This document shows positions 26,001 through 38,000 of a stretch of 64,000 nt of DNA, piece by piece. Each line of letters begins with the position of its first letter. Within the stretch, counting starts at the first letter, position 1. Source of the stretch: Caecitellus pseudoparvulus (taxonomy: Eukaryota; Protista; Bigyra: Bicosoecida); the NCBI GenBank assembly GCA_965644315.1, contig CBFFRQ010000068.1, forward strand, positions 1,415,545 to 1,479,544, given 5' to 3'. Made by a program: the position numbers and the translations under genes. The notes beneath the pieces were generated by a model. The model was not told where the DNA came from and did not search any database. It was given only the letters and a program-made list of their open reading frames with translations.

Positions 26001-29000
26001 CGATGGCACGCACAGCCACCTCGTCGGGGTTCCCGTCGCTGTCCAGTGCCACACCACGCAGGGCCTCCACACGTGCATCGCCCAGCGCACGGGCACGCTC
26101 CTCACGCTGCCGCCCCACCCGACGCCGCACATCCGCCTCCGCATCGGCCAGTCGACTGTCCACATCCTCCTGGATGCGCCCCACCTCCACAGCGTGCGCC
26201 TCCAGCACACCTCGACTGCCCGCCTCACGCTCCTCAGCTGCAGACCCCAGACCGCCCAGCGCCTCACGGGCCGCACGCATGACCTCCTCATCGCCTGCCG
26301 CACACGCACGCAGGCCCTCCCACTCGGCGTCCTGCCGTGCCCGCAGACCATCGCCTCGCACTCGCACCTCATCTGCGCTCCACCCCTCAGACTCAGCTGC
26401 CGCACGCAGGCGCCGCACCTCCTCCTCGTGCCGTGCCCGCATGGCCGCCTCACGGGCCTCCCCACGAGACAGCAGTGCTGACCCCAGCTCACCCAGCGCC
26501 GCCTCACCGTCGCTGCTGACACGAGCCACCACCCGTGCCACGTCACGCTCGTGCGCAGCCCGTGCCCGGCCCACCTCGTCAGACACCCGGGCATCCACCC
26601 GTGCCACGCCTGCCGCCACCTCGGCCGCGTCCGCCTCGTCAGCTGACCGCAGCTCACGGGCCAGCGCAGCACGCTCATCTGCATGCCGGGCCCGCACACT
26701 GGGCAGCTCCGACACCGACGCAGACCGCACCTCCGCCGCGTGCCGCCGAGCCAGCTCCCCCTCACGCTCCGCACGCCGGGCCTGCCCCCGTGCCGCCACC
26801 TCACCACGCAGGGCCGCCTTGTCAGATGCGCCTCGCTGGTGGGCCGACACCACCGCCTCGCCGTACGCCGCACGCAGACGGGACAGCTCACGGTCAGCGC
26901 TGCCACGCACGGCGCTCAACACGCCATCGGCGTCCGACCGCACACCCTCCACGTGTGCTGCACTGCTCAGGGACGCGACGTCACCTGCCGCCGCAGACAC
27001 AGCCTGCACAGCACTGGCATCGCCCCGCGCCACGTCGGCCTCGGCAGATGCCAGGGCCGCCTGCGCCTCAGACACTGCAGCATGGTGGGCGGCGCCAGAT
27101 GACACCAGGCCCTCCCCACGCCCGCCATGCCCCGACAGGCCACTGCCCGACGACAGCACCACAGCATCCAGCACACCGCCACTGCCACCACTGCCGCTGC
27201 CGCCGCCGCCGCCACTCCAGCTGCCCTCACCACGACCTGCCGCAGACAGTGCCGCCTCGTGTGCTGCGCTCCCCGACACCTCCCCTGCCTCGCGACCGCG
27301 GGCTGCATCCGACACCCGCAGATCCTGCACCGCCTCACGCACAGCGCCATCATACGCGGCGCGCGCAGACTGCAGACCCTCGTCACGCCGCTCCTCAGAC
27401 CGCCGCACATCGCCTGCTGCCTCAGACACCAGCGCACGACGAGCGCCCTGCACTGCCTGCACCGCACGGGCCTCCTCGTCACCTGCCCACCGCCCCAGTG
27501 CCGCCATGTCCGCGTCGTACTGGCTCTCGACACCTGCACCGCCTCACGCACAGCGCCATCATACGCGGCACGCGCAGACTGCAGACCCTCGTCACGCCGC
27601 TCCTCAGACCGCCGCACATCGCCTGCTGCCTCAGACACCAGCGCACGACGAGCGCCCTGCACTGCCTGCACCGCACGGGCCTCCTCGTCACCTGCCCACC
27701 GCCCCAGTGCCGCCATGTCCGCGTCGTACTGGCTCTCGATGGCACGCACAGCCACCTCGTCGGGGTTCCCGTCGCTGTCCAGTGCCACACCACGCAGGGC
27801 CTCCACACGTGCATCGCCCAGCGCACGGGCACGCTCCTCACGCTGCCGCCCCACCCGACGCCGCACATCCGCCTCCGCATCGGCCAGTCGACTGTCCACA
27901 TCCTCCTGGATGCGCCCCACCTCCACAGCGTGCGCCTCCAGCACACCTCGACTGCCCGCCTCACGCTCCTCAGCTGCAGACCCCAGACCGCCCAGCGCCT
28001 CACGGGCCGCACGCATGACCTCCTCATCGCCTGCCGCACACGCACGCAGGCCCTCCCACTCGGCGTCCTGCCGTGCCCGCAGACCATCGCCTCGCACTCG
28101 CACCTCATCTGCGCTCCACCCCTCAGACTCAGCTGCCGCACGCAGGCGCCGCACCTCCTCCTCGTGCCGTGCCCGCATGGCCGCCTCACGGGCCTCCCCA
28201 CGAGACAGCAGTGCTGACCCCAGCTCACCCAGCGCCGCCTCACCGTCGCTGCTGACACGAGCCACCACCCGTGCCACGTCACGCTCGTGCGCAGCCCGTG
28301 CCCGGCCCACCTCGTCAGACACCCGGGCATCCACCCGTGCCACGCCTGCCGCCACCTCGGCCGCGTCCGCCTCGTCAGCTGACCGCAGCTCACGGGCCAG
28401 CGCAGCACGCTCATCTGCATGCCGGGCCCGCACACTGGGCAGCTCCGACACCGACGCAGACCGCACCTCCGCCGCGTGCCGCCGAGCCAGCTCCCCCTCA
28501 CGCTCCGCACGCCGGGCCTGCCCCCGTGCCGCCACCTCACCACGCAGGGCCGCCTTGTCAGATGCGCCTCGCTGGTGTGCCGACACCACCGCCTCGCCGT
28601 ACGCCGCACGCAGACGGGACAGCTCACGGTCAGCGCTGCCACGCACGGCGCTCAACACGCCATCGGCGTCCGACCGCACACCCTCCACGTGTGCTGCACT
28701 GCTCAGGGACGCGACGTCACCTGCCGCCGCAGACACAGCCTGCACAGCACTGGCATCGCCCCGCGCCACGTCGGCCTCGGCAGATGCCAGGGCCGCCTGC
28801 GCCTCAGACACTGCAGCATGGTGGGCGGCGCCAGATGACACCAGGCCCTCCCCACGCCCGCCATGCCCCGACAGGCCACTGCCCGACGACAGCACCACAG
28901 CATCCAGCACACCGCCACTGCCACCACTGCCGCTGCCGCCGCCGCCGCCACTCCAGCTGCCCTCACCACGACCTGCCGCAGACAGTGCCGCCTCGTGTGC

Positions 29001-32000
29001 TGCGCTCCCCGACACCTCCCCTGCCTCGCGACCGCGGGCTGCATCCGACACCCGCAGATCCTGCACCGCCTCACGCACAGCGCCATCATACGCGGCACGC
29101 GCAGACTGCAGACCCTCGTCACGCCGCTCCTCAGACCGCCGCACATCGCCTGCTGCCTCAGACACCAGCGCACGACGAGCGCCCTGCACTGCCTGCACCG
29201 CACGGGCCTCCTCGTCACCTGCCCACCGCCCCAGTGCCGCCATGTCCGCGTCGTACTGGCTCTCGATGGCACGCACAGCCACCTCGTCGGGGTTCCCGTC
29301 GCTGTCCAGTGCCACACCACGCAGGGCCTCCACACGTGCATCGCCCAGCGCACGGGCACGCTCCTCACGCTGCCGCCCCACCCGACGCCGCACATCCGCC
29401 TCCGCATCGGCCAGTCGACTGTCCACATCCTCCTGGATGCGCCCCACCTCCACAGCGTGCGCCTCCAGCACACCTCGACTGCCCGCCTCACGCTCCTCAG
29501 CTGCAGACCCCAGACCGCCCAGCGCCTCACGGGCCGCACGCATGACCTCCTCATCGCCTGCCGCACACGCACGCAGGCCCTCCCACTCGGCGTCCTGCCG
29601 TGCCCGCAGACCATCGCCTCGCACTCGCACCTCATCTGCGCTCCACCCCTCAGACTCAGCTGCCGCACGCAGGCGCCGCACCTCCTCCTCGTGCCGTGCC
29701 CGCATGGCCGCCTCACGGGCCTCCCCACGAGACAGCAGTGCTGACCCCAGCTCACCCAGCGCCGCCTCACCGTCGCTGCTGACACGAGCCACCACCCGTG
29801 CCACGTCACGCTCGTGCGCAGCCCGTGCCCGGCCCACCTCGTCAGACACCCGGGCATCCACCCGTGCCACGCCTGCCGCCACCTCGGCCGCGTCCGCCTC
29901 GTCAGCTGACCGCAGCTCACGGGCCAGCGCAGCACGCTCATCTGCATGCCGGGCCCGCACACTGGGCAGCTCCGACACCGACGCAGACCGCACCTCCGCC
30001 GCGTGCCGCCGAGCCAGCTCCCCCTCACGCTCCGCACGCCGGGCCTGCCCCCGTGCCGCCACCTCACCACGCAGGGCCGCCTTGTCAGATGCGCCTCGCT
30101 GGTGTGCCGACACCACCGCCTCGCCGTACGCCGCACGCAGACGGGACAGCTCACGGTCAGCGCTGCCACGCACGGCGCTCAACACGCCATCGGCGTCCGA
30201 CCGCACACCCTCCACGTGTGCTGCACTGCTCAGGGACGCGACGTCACCTGCCGCCGCAGACACAGCCTGCACAGCACTGGCATCGCCCCGCGCCACGTCG
30301 GCCTCGGCAGATGCCAGGGCCGCCTGCGCCTCAGACACTGCAGCATGGTGGGCGGCGCCAGATGACACCAGGCCCTCCCCACGCCCGCCATGCCCCGACA
30401 GGCCACTGCCCGACGACAGCACCACAGCATCCAGCACACCGCCACTGCCACCACTGCCGCTGCCGCCGCCGCCGCCACTCCAGCTGCCCTCACCACGACC
30501 TGCCGCAGACAGTGCCGCCTCGTGTGCTGCGCTCCCCGACACCTCCCCTGCCTCGCGACCGCGGGCTGCATCCGACACCCGCAGATCCTGCACCGCCTCA
30601 CGCACAGCGCCATCATACGCGGCACGCGCAGACTGCAGACCCTCGTCACGCCGCTCCTCAGACCGCCGCACATCGCCTGCTGCCTCAGACACCAGCGCAC
30701 GACGAGCGCCCTGCACTGCCTGCACCGCACGGGCCTCCTCGTCACCTGCCCACCGCCCCAGTGCCGCCATGTCCGCGTCGTACTGGCTCTCGATGGCACG
30801 CACAGCCACCTCGTCGGGGTTCCCGTCGCTGTCCAGTGCCACACCACGCAGGGCCTCCACACGTGCATCGCCCAGCGCACGGGCACGCTCCTCACGCTGC
30901 CGCCCCACCCGACGCCGCACATCCGCCTCCGCATCGGCCAGTCGACTGTCCACATCCTCCTGGATGCGCCCCACCTCCACAGCGTGCGCCTCCAGCACAC
31001 CTCGACTGCCCGCCTCACGCTCCTCAGCTGCAGACCCCAGACCGCCCAGCGCCTCACGGGCCGCACGCATGACCTCCTCATCGCCTGCCGCACACGCACG
31101 CAGGCCCTCCCACTCGGCGTCCTGCCGTGCCCGCAGACCATCGCCTCGCACTCGCACCTCATCTGCGCTCCACCCCTCAGACTCAGCTGCCGCACGCAGG
31201 CGCCGCACCTCCTCCTCGTGCCGTGCCCGCATGGCCGCCTCACGGGCCTCCCCACGAGACAGCAGTGCTGACCCCAGCTCACCCAGCGCCGCCTCACCGT
31301 CGCTGCTGACACGAGCCACCACCCGTGCCACGTCACGCTCGTGCGCAGCCCGTGCCCGGCCCACCTCGTCAGACACCCGGGCATCCACCCGTGCCACGCC
31401 TGCCGCCACCTCGGCCGCGTCCGCCTCGTCAGCTGACCGCAGCTCACGGGCCAGCGCAGCACGCTCATCTGCATGCCGGGCCCGCACACTGGGCAGCTCC
31501 GACACCGACGCAGACCGCACCTCCGCCGCGTGCCGCCGAGCCAGCTCCCCCTCACGCTCCGCACGCCGGGCCTGCCCCCGTGCCGCCACCTCACCACGCA
31601 GGGCCGCCTTGTCAGATGCGCCTCGCTGGTGTGCCGACACCACCGCCTCGCCGTACGCCGCACGCAGACGGGACAGCTCACGGTCAGCGCTGCCACGCAC
31701 GGCGCTCAACACGCCATCGGCGTCCGACCGCACACCCTCCACGTGTGCTGCACTGCTCAGGGACGCGACGTCACCTGCCGCCGCAGACACAGCCTGCACA
31801 GCACTGGCATCGCCCCGCGCCACGTCGGCCTCGGCAGATGCCAGGGCCGCCTGCGCCTCAGACACTGCAGCATGGTGGGCGGCGCCAGATGACACCAGGC
31901 CCTCCCCACGCCCGCCATGCCCCGACAGGCCACTGCCCGACGACAGCACCACAGCATCCAGCACACCGCCACTGCCACCACTGCCGCTGCCGCCGCCGCC

Positions 32001-35000
32001 GCCACTCCAGCTGCCCTCACCACGACCTGCCGCAGACAGTGCCGCCTCGTGTGCTGCGCTCCCCGACACCTCCCCTGCCTCGCGACCGCGGGCTGCATCC
32101 GACACCCGCAGATCCTGCACCGCCTCACGCACAGCGCCATCATACGCGGCGCGCGCAGACTGCAGACCCTCGTCACGCCGCTCCTCAGACCGCCGCACAT
32201 CGCCTGCTGCCTCAGACACCAGCGCACGACGAGCGCCCTGCACTGCCTGCACCGCACGGGCCTCCTCGTCACCTGCCCACCGCCCCAGTGCCGCCATGTC
32301 CGCGTCGTACTGGCTCTCGATGGCACGCACAGCCACCTCGTCGGGGTTCCCGTCGCTGTCCAGTGCCACACCACGCAGGGCCTCCACACGTGCATCGCCC
32401 AGCGCACGGGCACGCTCCTCACGCTGCCGCCCCACCCGACGCCGCACATCCGCCTCCGCATCGGCCAGTCGACTGTCCACATCCTCCTGGATGCGCCCCA
32501 CCTCCACAGCGTGCGCCTCCAGCACACCTCGACTGCCCGCCTCACGCTCCTCAGCTGCAGACCCCAGACCGCCCAGCGCCTCACGGGCCGCACGCATGAC
32601 CTCCTCATCGCCTGCCGCACACGCACGCAGGCCCTCCCACTCGGCGTCCTGCCGTGCCCGCAGACCATCGCCTCGCACTCGCACCTCATCTGCGCTCCAC
32701 CCCTCAGACTCAGCTGCCGCACGCAGGCGCCGCACCTCCTCCTCGTGCCGTGCCCGCATGGCCGCCTCACGGGCCTCCCCACGAGACAGCAGTGCTGACC
32801 CCAGCTCACCCAGCGCCGCCTCACCGTCGCTGCTGACACGAGCCACCACCCGTGCCACGTCACGCTCGTGCGCAGCCCGTGCCCGGCCCACCTCGTCAGA
32901 CACCCGGGCATCCACCCGTGCCACGCCTGCCGCCACCTCGGCCGCGTCCGCCTCGTCAGCTGACCGCAGCTCACGGGCCAGCGCAGCACGCTCATCTGCA
33001 TGCCGGGCCCGCACACTGGGCAGCTCCGACACCGACGCAGACCGCACCTCCGCCGCGTGCCGCCGAGCCAGCTCCCCCTCACGCTCCGCACGCCGGGCCT
33101 GCCCCCGTGCCGCCACCTCACCACGCAGGGCCGCCTTGTCAGATGCGCCTCGCTGGTGTGCCGACACCACCGCCTCGCCGTACGCCGCACGCAGACGGGA
33201 CAGCTCACGGTCAGCGCTGCCACGCACGGCGCTCAACACGCCATCGGCGTCCGACCGCACACCCTCCACGTGTGCTGCACTGCTCAGGGACGCGACGTCA
33301 CCTGCCGCCGCAGACACAGCCTGCACAGCACTGGCATCGCCCCGCGCCACGTCGGCCTCGGCAGATGCCAGGGCCGCCTGCGCCTCAGACACTGCAGCAT
33401 GGTGGGCGGCGCCAGATGACACCAGGCCCTCCCCACGCCCGCCATGCCCCGACAGGCCACTGCCCGACGACAGCACCACAGCATCCAGCACACCGCCACT
33501 GCCACCACTGCCGCTGCCGCCGCCGCCGCCGCCACTCCAGCTGCCCTCACCACGACCTGCCGCAGACAGTGCCGCCTCGTGTGCTGCGCTCCCCGACACC
33601 TCCCCTGCCTCGCGACCGCGGGCTGCATCCGACACCCGCAGATCCTGCACCGCCTCACGCACAGCGCCATCATACGCGGCACGCGCAGACTGCAGACCCT
33701 CGTCACGCCGCTCCTCAGACCGCCGCACATCGCCTGCTGCCTCAGACACCAGCGCACGACGAGCGCCCTGCACTGCCTGCACCGCACGGGCCTCCTCGTC
33801 ACCTGCCCACCGCCCCAGCGCCGCCATGTCCGCGTCGTACTGGCTCTCGATGGCACGCACAGCCACCTCGTCGGGGTTCCCGTCGCTGTCCAGTGCCACA
33901 CCACGCAGGGCCTCCACACGTGCATCGCCCAGCGCACGGGCACGCTCCTCACGCTGCCGCCCCACCCGACGCCGCACATCCGCCTCCGCATCGGCCAGTC
34001 GACTGTCCACATCCTCCTGGATGCGCCCCACCTCCACAGCGTGCGCCTCCAGCACACCTCGACTGCCCGCCTCACGCTCCTCAGCTGCAGACCCCAGACC
34101 GCCCAGCGCCTCACGGGCCGCACGCATGACCTCCTCATCGCCTGCCGCACACGCACGCAGGCCCTCCCACTCGGCGTCCTGCCGTGCCCGCAGACCATCG
34201 CCTCGCACTCGCACCTCATCTGCGCTCCACCCCTCAGACTCAGCTGCCGCACGCAGGCGCCGCACCTCCTCCTCGTGCCGTGCCCGCATGGCCGCCTCAC
34301 GGGCCTCCCCACGAGACAGCAGTGCTGACCCCAGCTCACCCAGCGCCGCCTCACCGTCGCTGCTGACACGAGCCACCACCCGTGCCACGTCACGCTCGTG
34401 CGCAGCCCGTGCCCGGCCCACCTCGTCAGACACCCGGGCATCCACCCGTGCCACGCCTGCCGCCACCTCGGCCGCGTCCGCCTCGTCAGCTGACCGCAGC
34501 TCACGGGCCAGCGCAGCACGCTCATCTGCATGCCGGGCCCGCACACTGGGCAGCTCCGACACCGACGCAGACCGCACCTCCGCCGCGTGCCGCCGAGCCA
34601 GCTCCCCCTCACGCTCCGCACGCCGGGCCTGCCCCCGTGCCGCCACCTCACCACGCAGGGCCGCCTTGTCAGATGCGCCTCGCTGGTGTGCCGACACCAC
34701 CGCCTCGCCGTACGCCGCACGCAGACGGGACAGCTCACGGTCAGCGCTGCCACGCACGGCGCTCAACACGCCATCGGCGTCCGACCGCACACCCTCCACG
34801 TGTGCTGCACTGCTCAGGGACGCGACGTCACCTGCCGCCGCAGACACAGCCTGCACAGCACTGGCATCGCCCCGCGCCACGTCGGCCTCGGCAGATGCCA
34901 GGGCCGCCTGCGCCTCAGACACTGCAGCATGGTGGGCGGCGCCAGATGACACCAGGCCCTCCCCACGCCCGCCATGCCCCGACAGGCCACTGCCCGACGA

Positions 35001-38000
35001 CAGCACCACAGCATCCAGCACACCGCCACTGCCGCTGCCGCCGCCGCCGCCGCCGCCGCCGCCACTCCAGCTGCCCTCACCACGACCTGCCGCAGACAGT
35101 GCCGCCTCGTGTGCTGCGCTCCCCGACACCTCCCCTGCCTCGCGACCGCGGGCTGCATCCGACACCCGCAGATCCTGCACCGCCTCACGCACAGCGCCAT
35201 CATACGCGGCGCGCGCAGACTGCAGACCCTCGTCACGCCGCTCCTCAGACCGCCGCACATCGCCTGCTGCCTCAGACACCAGCGCACGACGAGCGCCCTG
35301 CACTGCCTGCACCGCACGGGCCTCCTCGTCACCTGCCCACCGCCCCAGCGCCGCCATGTCCGCGTCGTACTGGCTCTCGATGGCACGCACAGCCACCTCG
35401 TCGGGGTTCCCGTCGCTGTCCAGTGCCACACCACGCAGGGCCTCCACACGTGCATCGCCCAGCGCACGGGCACGCTCCTCACGCTGCCGCCCCACCCGAC
35501 GCCGCACATCCGCCTCCGCATCGGCCAGTCGACTGTCCACATCCTCCTGGATGCGCCCCACCTCCACAGCGTGCGCCTCCAGCACACCTCGACTGCCCGC
35601 CTCACGCTCCTCAGCTGCAGACCCCAGACCGCCCAGCGCCTCACGGGCCGCACGCATGACCTCCTCATCGCCTGCCGCACACGCACGCAGGCCCTCCCAC
35701 TCGGCGTCCTGCCGTGCCCGCAGACCATCGCCTCGCACTCGCACCTCATCTGCGCTCCACCCCTCAGACTCAGCTGCCGCACGCAGGCGCCGCACCTCCT
35801 CCTCGTGCCGTGCCCGCATGGCCGCCTCACGGGCCTCCCCACGAGACAGCAGTGCTGACCCCAGCTCACCCAGCGCCGCCTCACCGTCGCTGCTGACACG
35901 AGCCACCACCCGTGCCACGTCACGCTCGTGCGCAGCCCGTGCCCGGCCCACCTCGTCAGACACCCGGGCATCCACCCGTGCCACGCCTGCCGCCACCTCG
36001 GCCGCGTCCGCCTCGTCAGCTGACCGCAGCTCACGGGCCAGCGCAGCACGCTCATCTGCATGCCGGGCCCGCACACTGGGCAGCTCCGACACCGACGCAG
36101 ACCGCACCTCCGCCGCGTGCCGCCGAGCCAGCTCCCCCTCACGCTCCGCACGCCGGGCCTGCCCCCGTGCCGCCACCTCACCACGCAGGGCCGCCTTGTC
36201 AGATGCGCCTCGCTGGTGGGCCGACACCACCGCCTCGCCGTACGCCGCACGCAGACGGGACAGCTCACGGTCAGCGCTGCCACGCACGGCGCTCAACACG
36301 CCATCGGCGTCCGACCGCACACCCTCCACGTGTGCTGCACTGCTCAGGGACGCGACGTCACCTGCCGCCGCAGACACAGCCTGCACAGCACTGGCATCGC
36401 CCCGCGCCACGTCGGCCTCGGCAGATGCCAGGGCCGCCTGCGCCTCAGACACTGCAGCATGGTGGGCGGCGCCAGATGACACCAGGCCCTCCCCACGCCC
36501 GCCATGCCCCGACAGGCCACTGCCCGACGACAGCACCACAGCATCCAGCACACCGCCACTGCCACCACTGCCGCTGCCGCCGCCGCCGCCGCCACTCCAG
36601 CTGCCCTCACCACGACCTGCCGCAGACAGTGCCGCCTCGTGTGCTGCGCTCCCCGACACCTCCCCTGCCTCGCGACCGCGGGCTGCATCCGACACCCGCA
36701 GATCCTGCACCGCCTCACGCACAGCGCCATCATACGCGGCGCGCGCAGACTGCAGACCCTCGTCACGCCGCTCCTCAGACCGCCGCACATCGCCTGCTGC
36801 CTCAGACACCAGCGCACGACGAGCGCCCTGCACTGCCTGCACCGCACGGGCCTCCTCGTCACCTGCCCACCGCCCCAGCGCCGCCATGTCCGCGTCGTAC
36901 TGGCTCTCGATGGCACGCACAGCCACCTCGTCGGGGTTCCCGTCGCTGTCCAGTGCCACACCACGCAGGGCCTCCACACGTGCATCGCCCAGCGCACGGG
37001 CACGCTCCTCACGCTGCCGCCCCACCCGACGCCGCACATCCGCCTCCGCATCGGCCAGTCGACTGTCCACATCCTCCTGGATGCGCCCCACCTCCACAGC
37101 GTGCGCCTCCAGCACACCTCGACTGCCCGCCTCACGCTCCTCAGCTGCAGACCCCAGACCGCCCAGCGCCTCACGGGCCGCACGCATGACCTCCTCATCG
37201 CCTGCCGCACACGCACGCAGGCCCTCCCACTCGGCGTCCTGCCGTGCCCGCAGACCATCGCCTCGCACTCGCACCTCATCTGCGCTCCACCCCTCAGACT
37301 CAGCTGCCGCACGCAGGCGCCGCACCTCCTCCTCGTGCCGTGCCCGCATGGCCGCCTCACGGGCCTCCCCACGAGACAGCAGTGCTGACCCCAGCTCACC
37401 CAGCGCCGCCTCACCGTCGCTGCTGACACGAGCCACCACCCGTGCCACGTCACGCTCGTGCGCAGCCCGTGCCCGGCCCACCTCGTCAGACACCCGGGCA
37501 TCCACCCGTGCCACGCCTGCCGCCACCTCGGCCGCGTCCGCCTCGTCAGCTGACCGCAGCTCACGGGCCAGCGCAGCACGCTCATCTGCATGCCGGGCCC
37601 GCACACTGGGCAGCTCCGACACCGACGCAGACCGCACCTCCGCCGCGTGCCGCCGAGCCAGCTCCCCCTCACGCTCCGCACGCCGGGCCTGCCCCCGTGC
37701 CGCCACCTCACCACGCAGGGCCGCCTTGTCAGATGCGCCTCGCTGGTGTGCCGACACCACCGCCTCGCCGTACGCCGCACGCAGACGGGACAGCTCACGG
37801 TCAGCGCTGCCACGCACGGCGCTCAACACGCCATCGGCGTCCGACCGCACACCCTCCACGTGTGCTGCACTGCTCAGGGACGCGACGTCACCTGCCGCCG
37901 CAGACACAGCCTGCACAGCACTGGCATCGCCCCGCGCCACGTCGGCCTCGGCAGATGCCAGGGCCGCCTGCGCCTCAGACACTGCAGCATGGTGGGCGGC

